Positions 43,303 to 53,567 of a DNA stretch of 64,000 nucleotides are shown in pieces. The translations under genes and the position numbers were made by a program. Positions within the stretch are counted from its first letter, which is position 1; the number at the start of each line of letters is the position of its first letter. Origin of the DNA: an uncultured Chloroflexia bacterium (GTDB lineage Bacteria; Chloroflexota; Anaerolineae; CG2-30-64-16); contig CAWEMM010000006.1 of assembly GCA_963810095.1 (NCBI GenBank), positions 704,001 through 768,000 of the forward strand. Direction: 5' to 3'. Under the pieces are notes generated by a model. It was not told the origin of the DNA. It saw only the letters and a list, made by a program, of their open reading frames with translations, and ran no database searches.

Positions 43303-44973
43303 CTATGACTTCGCCAGCTCCCGCCGCAGCATCTTGCCGATGGCACTCTTCGGCAGCGCCGTGCGGAACTCGACGTACTTGGGCACCTTGTAGCCGGTCA
43401 GGCTCTTCCGGCAGTGCTCCTTGATCTCGGCCTCGGTCGCGGTCATGCCCTCGCGCAGCACGACGTAAGCCTTAACCGCTTCGCCTGCATGCGGGTCGGG
43501 CACGCCGGCCACGCCCACTTCCTGCACCGCGGGATGGGTGGCGATAACCTCTTCAACCTCGCGCGGCCACACCTGGAAACCGCTCGGCTTGATGACGTCC
43601 TTCTTGCGGTCGACGATGGCCAGATAGCCGTCCTCGTCCAGGTATCCCAGGTCGCCCGTGTAGAGCCAGCCGTCGCGCAGCATGTCGGCCGTTTCCTTCG
43701 GCCGCTGCCAATACCCGGTCATCAGCTGAGGTGCGCGCACGGCCACCTCGCCGATCTGGCCGCACGGCATGTCGGTCGCCGCAGTGTCCGGGTCGACAAT
43801 GCGCACCTCCACGTCGGGCACGGGCATGCCGACAAACCCGGCTTTGTACGGGCCGGCGATCGGGCTGATCACGGTGGCCATGAAGGTCTCGGTGAGCGCG
43901 TAACCTTCGACGATGCGTCCCCCGGTGAGCGCCTCGAACCGCTGTTTCGTGTCGAGCATGAGCGGCGCCGCCCCCGAAATGCACAGCGTGATCGAAGTCA
44001 TGTCGACCTTCTTCGACTTGATCTTCTCGTGGTTCATCAGCGCGTTAAATAGCGTGGGGACGCCGGGCAGGAACGTGGGCTTGGTTTTCTCGATATTGGC
44101 CACCACGTCGTCCAGGTCACGCGGGTTCGGGATCATGATCATCGAGCTGCGCCCGAGCATGGCGACCGGGAGCACGCCCGCGGCCGCAAAGACGTGGAAC
44201 AGGGGCAGGTTGGTCATGAAACGATCTTCCCACTCGACGAGTGAGCTCGCGAACCAGGCCCGCACCTGCAACCCGGCTTGCACCAGGCCCAGGTGAGACG
44301 ACAGTGCGGCCTTCGAGATGCCCGTCGTACCGCCGGTAAAGAGGATCAATGCCGGATCTTGCGGCTTAACGTCGACGGTGGGCCGTCCCTTGCCCTTGTA
44401 CTCGTGGATGAGATCCTGGAACCAGAGGTCGTTGTCGCGCAGGCTCACCCGGTCGCCTTCCTTCTTCTCCTTCAGAAGCATGAACGCAACCATCAGCACC
44501 TTGGGCAGATACTCACGAATATTGGTGGCGACAATGCGCTTGAGGGGCGTCTTCGGCTGCACCGCCTTGACCTTCTCGTAAAAACGGGTCAGGACGATCG
44601 CAATCTCGGCCCCACATTCCCTGAGCGCGTGTTCGAGTTCGGGTGCGGTGTACAGCGGGTTGATGGGAGCGGCGACTGCGCCGGCCTTCCAGATGGCGAA
44701 CTGTCCAATGACGAACTGGGGGGTGTTGGGCATAACTATCGCAACGCGATCGCCCTTCTTCACCCCGTTCGCGACGAGGGCCTGTGCGAGTGCATCGCTG
44801 CGCCACTCGAGCTCGCCGTAGGAGATTTGCTCACCTTTGAAGATGAGCGCGACGTGGTGCGGCCGTAACTGCGCCGTCTCCCGCACGTGATCGAGCATCG
44901 TGATCTGGGGATAGGGCTCCAGCGTATGCGGCACGCCGGGGTCGTAGTGCTCCAACCAGGGTTTAGCCGACAT
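43303..44973 (-). CDS. Long-chain fatty-acid-CoA ligase (FadD-type)
   Basis: KPWLEHY, FTGGTTGISK, EGYALTE, YTGD, DRKKD, PKSAIGK; GGAGG RBS. Confidence 0.92.
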   Translation of the reverse strand: MSAKPWLEHYDPGVPHTLEPYPQITMLDHVRETAQLRPHHVALIFKGEQISYGELEWRSDALAQALVANGVKKGDRVAIVMPNTPQFVIGQFAIWKAGAVAAPINPLYTAPELEHALRECGAEIAIVLTRFYEKVKAVQPKTPLKRIVATNIREYLPKVLMVAFMLLKEKKEGDRVSLRDNDLWFQDLIHEYKGKGRPTVDVKPQDPALILFTGGTTGISKAALSSHLGLVQAGLQVRAWFASSLVEWEDRFMTNLPLFHVFAAAGVLPVAMLGRSSMIMIPNPRDLDDVVANIEKTKPTFLPGVPTLFNALMNHEKIKSKKVDMTSITLCISGAAPLMLDTKQRFEALTGGRIVEGYALTETFMATVISPIAGPYKAGFVGMPVPDVEVRIVDPDTAATDMPCGQIGEVAVRAPQLMTGYWQRPKETADMLRDGWLYTGDLGYLDEDGYLAIVDRKKDVIKPSGFQVWPREVEEVIATHPAVQEVGVAGVPDPHAGEAVKAYVVLREGMTATEAEIKEHCRKSLTGYKVPKYVEFRTALPKSAIGKMLRRELAKS

Positions 44974-45182
44974 CACAACCTCCAAACTCAAGCAGAAAGA
45001 GAGGGCCAACCAACACGGAGACGCAGGATGGGGAAGCGCCAGACGGGCCCGTTAAGTCGGTCGGACCGGCGGCGGTTTGGAGCCTGCCGGGCAAGCCCTG
45101 CCCTCCCCACCACCTTAACGATAGCGGCACGTTGCATCAATGTCGGTGACGCGCGTGACAAACAAGAGCGGTTTTCGCCCTG

Positions 45183-46469
45183 CTACATGGCCCGACGAAG
45201 GGCGTACGCGTCGCGTTCAAGCCCTTCGCGGAACTCCGGATGTGCGATATCGATCAGCGCCCGCATGCGCTCGCGCACGGTCTTCCCGTGCAGTTGTGCC
45301 ACGCCGAACTCTGTAACAACATAGTCGACGTCGTTACGAGACGTGGTGACCACTGCCCCGGGTTTCAGGGCCGGTACGATGCGGGAAATCGTGCCGTTCT
45401 TGGCCGTGCTGGTCAGAACGATTACCGCCTTGCCGCCTTCCGCCAGCCGGGCGCCGCGCACGAAGTCGACCTGCCCGCCCACGCCGCTGTACTGCGTCTG
45501 GCCGAGCGTGTCCGCGCACACCTGCCCGAGCAGATCCACTTCCAGCGCGGCGTTGATGGCAACCATGTTGCGGTTCTGGCAGATCACTGCCGGGTTGTTG
45601 GTGTAGCTGACGGGGTGCATCTCGATCAGGGGATTACGGTCGAGCCAATCATATAAGCGCCGCGAGCCCATGATAAAGGTCGCGATGATCTTGCCCGGAT
45701 GCAAGGTCTTCTCCGCGTTGGTGATGACGCCCTCGCACACCAGGTCCATGACCGCGTCGGAGATCATTTCGGAATGCACCCCGAGGTGTTTGCGGTCCCT
45801 CAGCCGGCTGCACACCACCTCGGGCATTGCGCCGATGCCGATCTGCAGCGTCGCGCCGTCGTCGATGAGCGCGGCCGCGTTCTCGCCGGTGCGCCGCTCG
45901 GCGTCGTCGGGAGCGCTGGGGGGCACTTCGGGGATGGGGCGGTCCACCTCGACCAGGTAGTCGATATCCGAAACGTGAACCATGCAGTCCCCGTAGAGAC
46001 GCGGCATGGTCGGATTGACCTCCGCAATAACCGTCCGGCAGACCTGGGTCGCTCGCAGCGAGTAATCGACGGACACGCCGAGGCTGCAGTAACCGTCTTC
46101 ATCGGGAGGCGACACGCTGACCATGGCAACGTCCGCGGGGATATGCGTGCCAATGATCGAAGGCACCTGGCTGAAAAAGCAGGGCATGAAATCGGCCCAG
46201 CCATCGTTCACAGCAACACGGGTGCCGGTGGAGCAGAAGAGCGAGACGTGGCGGATGCTTTCGGAGATGTCGGGGCGCAGGTACGCGGGCCGGCCAAGGA
46301 TCAGGATGGCGGCGGTCCGCACCCCGCGCAGCTCGGCGGCCCGACCCGCGAGGGCCTCCAGCACGGTCCGCGGCTCCCCGCACGCGTTAGCCACCATGAT
46401 TGTGTCGCCCGAGCGGACAGCCTGGACCGCTTCCGCGGGGGTCACCCAGTTACCACGTGATCGGTTCAC
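45183..46469 (-). CDS. Acetyl-CoA hydrolase/CoA-transferase (4-hydroxybutyrate CoA-transferase-like)
   Basis: LQIGIG, LGVHSEM, SGVGGQVDF, VTEFG, IAHPEFR. Confidence 0.92.
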   Translation of the reverse strand: MNRSRGNWVTPAEAVQAVRSGDTIMVANACGEPRTVLEALAGRAAELRGVRTAAILILGRPAYLRPDISESIRHVSLFCSTGTRVAVNDGWADFMPCFFSQVPSIIGTHIPADVAMVSVSPPDEDGYCSLGVSVDYSLRATQVCRTVIAEVNPTMPRLYGDCMVHVSDIDYLVEVDRPIPEVPPSAPDDAERRTGENAAALIDDGATLQIGIGAMPEVVCSRLRDRKHLGVHSEMISDAVMDLVCEGVITNAEKTLHPGKIIATFIMGSRRLYDWLDRNPLIEMHPVSYTNNPAVICQNRNMVAINAALEVDLLGQVCADTLGQTQYSGVGGQVDFVRGARLAEGGKAVIVLTSTAKNGTISRIVPALKPGAVVTTSRNDVDYVVTEFGVAQLHGKTVRERMRALIDIAHPEFREGLERDAYALRRAM

Positions 46470-46695
46470 GGTCGTCTCCGTTTCCGCTGGCGAGGTTTGA
46501 GAGGGATAGGATCAATATAACATAAGGCACCCTAGAACACGAAGCGCGAAAATCGCGCGGCCATATGCGCGCTTAACGTGGGGGGTGCGCGCCTTCGGGT
46601 CCCCGTGTTCCAACCCTTCAGCGTCCACCGCCTCCCATCCCGGCTGTGATACAATACCCCGGCAACCTCGTCATTCACCCGGAACGGAGCATCCG

Positions 46696-49251
46696 ATGCC
46701 ACACGAACTGACCGCCGACCAGCTGCGCCGCCGTTTCGATCCTTCCCGATTCACCTTCCGGTCTACTGCCGACGCACCGGACCTGGGTGGCATTATCGGC
46801 CAGGATCGGGCGGCACGCGCGATCGAATTTGGCCTCGAAATCCCCTATCCGGGTTACAACGTCTTCGCCACCGGCCCAACCGGCGCAGGAAAAACGAGCA
46901 TCATCACGCGCTTTCTGCAAGACAAGGCCGCGAGCCGGCCGGTGCCCCCCGACTGGGGCTATGCTCACAACTTTGCCGACCCGGACCGGCCGCTCGCGCT
47001 CCGGCTGCCGCCCGGCGGGGGTCTCAAGCTGCGCGACCAGGTCAACGCGCTGCTCGCCCAGGTGGGCCAGGTGCTGGAGAAGCTGTTTGTCAGCGACCAG
47101 TACGTGCAGAGCCGCAACGCGCTCGGCCGCCAGCTCGATCAGCTGCGTGGTGACCAGTTCCGCGCGCTCGAAGCCGCGGTGCGCGAGCAGGGCTTCGTGC
47201 TGAACCGGAAAGAGGACGGGTTCATGCTGACCCCGCTCAAAGACGGCCAGCCGCTGACGCCCGAGCAATACGAGGCTTTGCCCGAAGAGGAACGCAATGC
47301 CATCGACGGCAAAGGCGGTGCGCTACAGGAGCAAATGGAGCGCACCGCACGCCAGGTCCAGGAGTTGGAAGATGCGGCGCGCGCGCGCCTTGCCAGTATG
47401 GACCAGGAGGTCGCGGCATCGGTGCTGCAACCGCTCTTCGAGCGGCTGGGCCAGGAATACGCCGATTGGCCCCAGGTAACGAGCTACCTCGCCACCGTCC
47501 ACGCTCATATCGCAGCAAACACGGCCGATTTCCGCCAGGGCCAGGCATCGGCACCCAGCGCGGGCCAGAATCCGCCGGAGAGCGAGACGCCGCCCTGGCT
47601 CCGCAGCCGCCCATCCTCGCCTATCGACCGTTACCGGCTGAACGTGCTCGTCGACAACAGCGGGCTGACGGGCGCGCCCGTGGTCGACGAGACGAACCCG
47701 ACGTACGGCAACCTGATCGGCCGGGTGGAGATGCGCGCCCAGCTCGGGACGCTGGTCACCGACTACCGGTATATCAAGCCCGGCGCGCTGCACCGCGCCA
47801 ACGGCGGCTATCTCCTGCTCGACGCACGTGTGCTGCTGCGCCAGCCCGGCGCGTGGGAAGGGCTCAAGCAGGCGCTGCGCAACCGCCGCATCCGCATGGA
47901 AGACGTGCTCCAACCGCCGGGGGTGCTCGCCACCACGACGCTCAACCCCGAACCGATTCCGCTCGACCTCAAGGTCGTCTTGATCGGCGACCTGCAGACG
48001 TACTACGCGCTCTACAGCCTCGACGAGCAGTTCGCCAAGCTCTTCAAGGTGCGGGCAGATTTTTCGTCGGAGATGGACTGGACTGCGGAAAACGAGCAGC
48101 GCATTGTCGAATTCATCCGCAACCGGTGCGACGAGGCGGGCCTGCCCCAATTCGACATGGGCGCAGTGGCCGAGGTCGTCGAGTTCAGTGCGCGGACGGT
48201 GGAGGACCAGGACAAGCTCACCGCCCGGTTCGCGCTGGTCACCGACGTGATCCAGGAGGCCGCGTTTTGGGCGGGCCGCGCGGGGCACGAGCTTGTCACG
48301 CGGGAGGACGTGCAGGCAGCTCTCGCCGCGCGAGAAGGCCGCTCGAACCAATACGAGGAGCGGATGCGGGAGATGATCGCGGACCGGACCATCATGGTGG
48401 ACACGTCTGGAGAGGTCGTCGGGCAGATTAACGGGCTGGCGGTGCTCGACCTCGGAGACTATGCCTTCGGGAAGCCCAGCCGTATCACGGCGACGACGTT
48501 CCAGGGCCGGGCGGGCGTGATCAACATCGAACGCGAGGCGCGCATGAGCGGCCGGACCCATGACAAGGGTGTCCTCATCCTGGCCGGGTTCCTCGGCGGC
48601 CGCTACGCGCAGGACAAGCCGCTCAGCCTGTCGGCCAGCGTCACGTTCGAGCAATCCTACGATGGTGTGGACGGTGACAGTGCGTCGTCGACCGAACTCT
48701 ACGTGCTCATGTCGAGCCTGGCCGCGCTGCCCATCAAGCAGTCGATCGCGGTGACCGGCTCGGTCAACCAGCACGGCGAGATTCAACCTGTGGGCGGCGT
48801 GACCCACAAGGTCGAAGGCTTCTTCGAGACGTGCAAGGCGGCCAAGGGCGGCCTGACCGGCGAGCAGGGGGTCGTCCTGCCGGCCTCCAACGTCGCCAAC
48901 CTGATGCTGCGCGACGAGGTGGTCCAGGCGGTAGCCCAGGGCAAGTTCCACATCTGGCCGGTGACGACGATTGACGAGGGGATCGAAATCCTGACCGGCG
49001 TGCCGGCCGGCGAACGCGGCGAGGACGGGAGCTATCCGGCCGACAGCGTCAACGGCCGGGTCGACCGCAAGCTGTTTGAGTTGGCCGAGCGCCTGCAGCG
49101 CTTTGGCCGGGATGGGGGGAACGGGCGGGAGAAGACCGAGCGCCACGGCGAGCCAGAAACGAGCCCCGAGCCGCCCCTGCCCGGCGATCAACCCGAACCC
49201 ACGCCCCCCGAACCCGAGCTGCCCGGCGACCGCCCCGAGCCGGCCACGTAG
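46696..49251 (+). CDS. LonC/AAA_32-type S16 protease
   Basis: IIGQDRA, GPTGAGK, LHRANGG, GQINGL, EQSYDGVDGDSAS, TGSVNQ, KVEGFF; Pro-rich tail. Confidence 0.9.
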   Translation: MPHELTADQLRRRFDPSRFTFRSTADAPDLGGIIGQDRAARAIEFGLEIPYPGYNVFATGPTGAGKTSIITRFLQDKAASRPVPPDWGYAHNFADPDRPLALRLPPGGGLKLRDQVNALLAQVGQVLEKLFVSDQYVQSRNALGRQLDQLRGDQFRALEAAVREQGFVLNRKEDGFMLTPLKDGQPLTPEQYEALPEEERNAIDGKGGALQEQMERTARQVQELEDAARARLASMDQEVAASVLQPLFERLGQEYADWPQVTSYLATVHAHIAANTADFRQGQASAPSAGQNPPESETPPWLRSRPSSPIDRYRLNVLVDNSGLTGAPVVDETNPTYGNLIGRVEMRAQLGTLVTDYRYIKPGALHRANGGYLLLDARVLLRQPGAWEGLKQALRNRRIRMEDVLQPPGVLATTTLNPEPIPLDLKVVLIGDLQTYYALYSLDEQFAKLFKVRADFSSEMDWTAENEQRIVEFIRNRCDEAGLPQFDMGAVAEVVEFSARTVEDQDKLTARFALVTDVIQEAAFWAGRAGHELVTREDVQAALAAREGRSNQYEERMREMIADRTIMVDTSGEVVGQINGLAVLDLGDYAFGKPSRITATTFQGRAGVINIEREARMSGRTHDKGVLILAGFLGGRYAQDKPLSLSASVTFEQSYDGVDGDSASSTELYVLMSSLAALPIKQSIAVTGSVNQHGEIQPVGGVTHKVEGFFETCKAAKGGLTGEQGVVLPASNVANLMLRDEVVQAVAQGKFHIWPVTTIDEGIEILTGVPAGERGEDGSYPADSVNGRVDRKLFELAERLQRFGRDGGNGREKTERHGEPETSPEPPLPGDQPEPTPPEPELPGDRPEPAT

Positions 49252-49273
49252 GGCGCAAGATCGGGGTAAGGCT

Positions 49274-49347
49274 TAACCACAAAGCCACCAAGAAACGGAG
49301 GTGCACGAAGCATTTAGTGTCTTGGTGTCTTTGTGTCTTTGTGGTTA
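49274..49347. repeat. Palindromic intergenic repeat (8-mer family), copy 6, between convergent genes
   Basis: TAACCACAAAGCCACCAAG...CTTGGTGTCTTTGTGTCTTTGTGGTTA. Confidence 0.85.
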
Positions 49348-49350
49348 TCC

Positions 49351-50466
49351 CTATAGCGACGCCAACACCGCGTCCGCCTTCTGATGCAGCAAGTACAGCG
49401 GAACGCTCTGCGGGCACGCGCCGCTGCAAGACTCGCACTGCACGCAGTGGCCTGCGAGGCGGGCCGCACACGCCAGGTGCGCGCACGCTGTTTGGACCGC
49501 GGTGGGCGTGTGCCCATTGTGTGGGGCGAGCGCGTCGCCCAGGCAGTTGGTGTAGCACTGGAACGGGCACACGCTGCGGCAGCCGTCGCAGTGGACGCAG
49601 TTGCCGAACTGGGCGCTCCAGAAGGCCGCCCGGTCGGCCAGCGACCAGCGCTCGAGCGCGGCCAGCTCGTCGCCCGCAGGCAGCCCGGCGGTATCCAGTG
49701 CCCCGGGCAGAAGCACGTCACACTGGCCCTGTTCGACGCCCTGGCCAATCAGGAACAGCGCTTGCGGCACCTGGATACCGTCCTCGCGCAGCGCGTCGAT
49801 GCACGCCAACTCGGCCGGGCGGACCACCACGGCAACGTTTTGCTCCGCGACCGTTTCCAGGAGCGTCGCCAGATTCGGGTAGCCCCGACCGCCCGCAAAG
49901 AGGCGCTGCGCCTGCTCGACCGTCCGCGCCAAGGTCGGCCGGATCTCGTCGCTCCCCTGGCCCCATGCCAGCACGCCTTCCACCTTGCCCGACCGCAGCA
50001 GTTCGACCGCCAGCTTTCGCAGCGCTTGGCTCGTCGCCGCGGGTGCGTGCGCCGAGACGTTGCGCGTCGATAAGGTTGCCAACTCGGCGCGCAGGTCGGT
50101 GCTGCCGTCAAACGCCCACGGTCCCAGCCGCCGCACACTCGCGTTGAATGCCGCCTGGCTCCAGTTGTCGGGCGCGCCCTCGACCAGGGCCAACCGCTCG
50201 CGATCACAACCGACAAAGTGCAGCAGCTCGCGCAACACCAGGACACGCCGGCGGTGGCTCTCGGTCGCCCGGCCCACCCAGGCCACCATCACGCCGTCCG
50301 CGCCATGGGCAAACGCAGTCAGGATTTTGAGGATGTCAATTGAGCCCGTCGTGGTCGTCTGTACGAGCCGGGTATTTGCAGGCGCGCCAGCCGGCGCGAC
50401 GACGGTCCGTCCCAGGACAGCGGTTTCGGATGTGGAGCGAGTTGGAGCGAAGGGCATGGTGGTCAC
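49351..50466 (-). CDS. Degenerate MvhD/FlpD-like domain fused to an FdhB/FlxB-like 2x[4Fe-4S] domain
   Basis: GSID...AFAHGADGVMV...RRRVLVLRELLHFVGCDRERL; CVHCDGCRSVCP and CVQCESCSGACP. Confidence 0.7.
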   Translation of the reverse strand: MTTMPFAPTRSTSETAVLGRTVVAPAGAPANTRLVQTTTTGSIDILKILTAFAHGADGVMVAWVGRATESHRRRVLVLRELLHFVGCDRERLALVEGAPDNWSQAAFNASVRRLGPWAFDGSTDLRAELATLSTRNVSAHAPAATSQALRKLAVELLRSGKVEGVLAWGQGSDEIRPTLARTVEQAQRLFAGGRGYPNLATLLETVAEQNVAVVVRPAELACIDALREDGIQVPQALFLIGQGVEQGQCDVLLPGALDTAGLPAGDELAALERWSLADRAAFWSAQFGNCVHCDGCRSVCPFQCYTNCLGDALAPHNGHTPTAVQTACAHLACAARLAGHCVQCESCSGACPQSVPLYLLHQKADAVLASL

Positions 50467-50511
50467 GGCGATTCTCCGAGTCGCAGCAGCAAGCGCTGCT
50501 GCACAATAAGT

Positions 50512-50603
50512 TCGTGCCTATTCACACGATCTAATTGTGCATTATAGAACGAATCGGGTTGCCGGGTATGATCTAGCGCATGTTTCCGTGGGAAATTTCA
50601 CAA
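50512..50603. promoter_or_regulatory. Three Rex-like GTG-N8-CAC boxes and a minus-strand TATAAT
   Basis: TCGTGCCTATTCACACGA 50512-50529; TTGTGCATTATAGAACGA 50535-50552; CCGTGGGAAATTTCACAA 50586-50603. Confidence 0.5.
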
Positions 50604-50615
50604 AGTCGCGCCCAC

Positions 50616-51483
50616 TCACGAGCGCGCCAGCTTTACCAGCTCGGCCAGGCTCTGCTCCGGATAGCCGAAGCGGGGATAGTCTGACGGAAAAGTCTGGTAG
50701 CCCGCTTGCATGAGGCCCTTGACGTTGGTCGAGCTAACGGGGAGGCGCACGAGCGGCTGTTTCTCCAGCAGCTCGACCCCGAGCAGCACCGGGCGAATCG
50801 GGAGCGACACGGTGAGGCGCTTGAGGCCGTAGCCGCGCACGATCGCATCCATCACCTGGCGCAGGGTGTACGGCTTGGGTTGTGGCAGGTTCCAGGAGCG
50901 CGCCCGCAGGCCCTGGCCGCCCGCGACAAAAATGTCCCGAAGGATTTCCGATAACCGTCCTACGCCGAGGACGTACAGCAGTTGCCGGCCGCCGCCCAAC
51001 ATGGGGATCACCGGGCTGCGCCGTGCCGATTCGACCAGCTTGGCGAACATGCCGCCCTGACCGACGACCACGCCGAGGCGCACGACAACCTCGCCTGCCT
51101 CGTTGAAGGCCTGCTCCAGCGCCCACTTGCCCCGACCGTATTCGGCCAGGGCGTCCTCGGCTGCCGACAGGCTGCTCAGCAAGACCTGCACGCCGGCGCC
51201 CGCGGCCTGGCCCTCTTCCAGCCAACGCTGGGTGCCGCCCACGTTAACGTCGTAGCGGTCAGGCGCAGGATCAAGCGCCGTGTGCAGGATAGCGTCGGGA
51301 TGGACTTCGGCCAGCACTGCGGCCATGGACTCACCCAGCGCCACGGGGTAGACCTGGCGGTAGGCGGGCGGCGCGGCCGCGCCGGCCCGGTCCACGCCGA
51401 AGACTTCCCAGCCCTCGCCGGCCATGCGCCGGGCGACGTGACCGGCGATAAAGCCGCTCGCGCCCGTAATCAGCACCCGCTGA
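50616..51483 (-). CDS. NAD-dependent epimerase/dehydratase (extended SDR); start uncertain
   Basis: RVLITGASGFIA, LLSS, YGRGK. Confidence 0.8.
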
Positions 51484-53146
51484 CCCCGCTGAGCAGGCGC
51501 TGCGGCCGCCCGGAGGCTGGCGGGCCTCGCCGCTCGCTGAGGCACCCACGGCCGCAGCCGCACCCACTGCCGAAGCGGCCACCCGCATCGCGTTGGTCAT
51601 CATGCCAAAGGACATGTTCTTGGCCGGCAGGTCGGCGAACCCGGCCGAGTCCGCCACATAGACGCGCTCCGCGCCGGCCAGCCGGCCGTCGGGCCAGCAC
51701 TGATACTTGGCGGGCGCCTTCCGCATGGGCAGCGTGCCCGCGTAGTGAATCGCATGGCCCGTCTCCGGCTTGTAGATCAGCATCGGGTGCGTCCACAGCC
51801 CGAGCCGGCGCATGGCGCCGAGCAAACCGCCCAACTGGCGCAGATCGATCGCATTGGGTTTGCCCACGATGCGCAGCCGCCCGTCCGGCTTGAGCGAGAT
51901 GGACGCGGGACCCTGCACGCTGACGGAGAAGTACAGCTGCATGACGAGCATGGCCGGGAGCATGGTCTTGATCAGCGCGAGGTTCGCGCGTGCCGACAGG
52001 GGGAAGCGGCCAAAAAACTCCGCACGCATCGGCGAGGTGATTTCGAGGATGCTGCCCTGGCCGAGGCAGCCGTACGGCGTCGGGTCCCAGATCAGGTTAA
52101 GCTGGGTCAGGCCGAACGTATGCGTGTCGAGCCGCCGCCCGATCGCAGACGGGATGACGAACGGGATCTGGACGGCGGGGTTTTCGAGCAGCGGCAGCCG
52201 TGTGTCCGTATCCCCGTTGCTCCGCAGCACGATCTTCGTCGTTCCGATCACGCCGGCCGCCAAGAGCAGGATGTCACCTTCGAACGTCACAGACCGGCCG
52301 GTTGCGAGCTCACGGGCGGTGACCGTAACGGGCGCGCCCCCGCCGTGCACACCGGCGCGCTCTTCGTATGACTCCACCAGAAAGCCGGGGCGGTAGTCAA
52401 CCTGGCCGCTTGCGATGAGCTTGCGTAGCGTGACCGCAGGCGTGTAGAGGTAGGACTGGTCTTGCCAAAACTCGGTGTTGCTATAGTCACAAGGCGCCCG
52501 GCCTTCGTGCTCCACGCTCGAGCGCGCCGATGCGCGGCCGGCCCATCAGGATGCCCGCCGTCCGCATCTGCTCCCGCTGTTTGCGGTACGCCGAATAAAC
52601 CTGGCCTGCATTCCGCGACAGCTTCACCGGCGGCAGCAGCCCTTCCGAACTGCCGAAGTAGGGCGCCAGGTCGTCGCCCGCGCCGCTGATGCCCACCTCC
52701 CGCGTCAGCACATCCGCGTAGGGGTCGAGGTCTGCCGCCCGGATCGGGAAGCCGGCGAGGTCCGCGTCGACGAACCGGTACAGCCCCGCGCCCCATGCAT
52801 TTCCGAGCCCGCCGAGCGCAAACGACTGCATGGCCTGGAAATGCTCGGCGTCGAGCGGCGAAAGCTCGGCCGCGCCCGCGGTAATGAACCGGCTGTTGGG
52901 CGCGTTGAGCTTGGCAATCCCGGTTTCCCCGGTGATGATGTCGCTGACGCCGGAAAAGTCCGCGCCGATGTGGAGATCGAAGCTGTCATTGCGCTCGCGC
53001 CACTCGTACAGGTTGCCCTCGGCGCGCGTGGCGTGCTTCGGCTGCACCCCCACATCCAGCATGAGGGTCCTGATGCCCATACCCGCCAGCTGCAGCGCGG
53101 CCGCGGCTGCCGATGCCCCGGCCCCGACGACAATCACGCGCTTCAT
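51484..53146 (-). CDS. GMC-family FAD oxidoreductase; frameshift near 52510, 3' end uncertain
   Basis: VIVVGAGAS, GGLGNAWGAG, LAAGVIGT, HYAGTLPM, VYVADSA, MTNAMRVA. Confidence 0.8.
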
Positions 53147-53559
53147 TCGCTGCCTCCCGCCGGCACCCGGCGCAGCAAGCCGAATCCCTTCACCATCAAC
53201 CACGCGGTCCGGACGGTCATAAAGCCCACGCTCAGAAAGGCCCCGGGCAGGTTGTCGCGATGACTGATAAAGAGACCCTGGTTCTCCGGCACTGTCTCAG
53301 CGAGGTAGGCCATCAAGCGGAACTTGCGGGTGAGCAACGGCAGCCGCCGGGTGTAACGCGCAGCCAGCTCGAGCGCCTCAAGGTCCAGGTCGCTCGCAAC
53401 GGCGGCCCGGTACTGCGCGAGCTCGACAGGTGCGACATGCGCCTCGAGCCGGGCGGAACCCTCGGCAAAACGTTGTGCGACAACCGGGGGGATGCGCCGG
53501 CCGAACAGCGTGTGGTAGATCCGCTCGGATTCTGCGAGGTAGGGGGGCGTGTCGGACAT
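53143..53559 (-). CDS. Hypothetical protein
   Basis: 138-aa ORF with ATGA overlap onto the GMC start; DLEALELAAR, YLAET. Confidence 0.65.
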   Translation of the reverse strand: MSDTPPYLAESERIYHTLFGRRIPPVVAQRFAEGSARLEAHVAPVELAQYRAAVASDLDLEALELAARYTRRLPLLTRKFRLMAYLAETVPENQGLFISHRDNLPGAFLSVGFMTVRTAWLMVKGFGLLRRVPAGGSE

Positions 53560-53567
53560 GGAAACGA

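Noticed and set aside
47323-49191. Long antisense ORFs (for example 47323..49191 -, 57959..59959 +, 53887..55329 +, 2603..3967 +)
   Set aside because: Shadow frames of real genes in high-GC DNA, with no recognisable motifs.
49140-49250. Quasi-repeated CCCGAR units at the end of the LonC-like gene
   Set aside because: They encode a Pro/Glu-rich low-complexity protein tail, not a DNA element.
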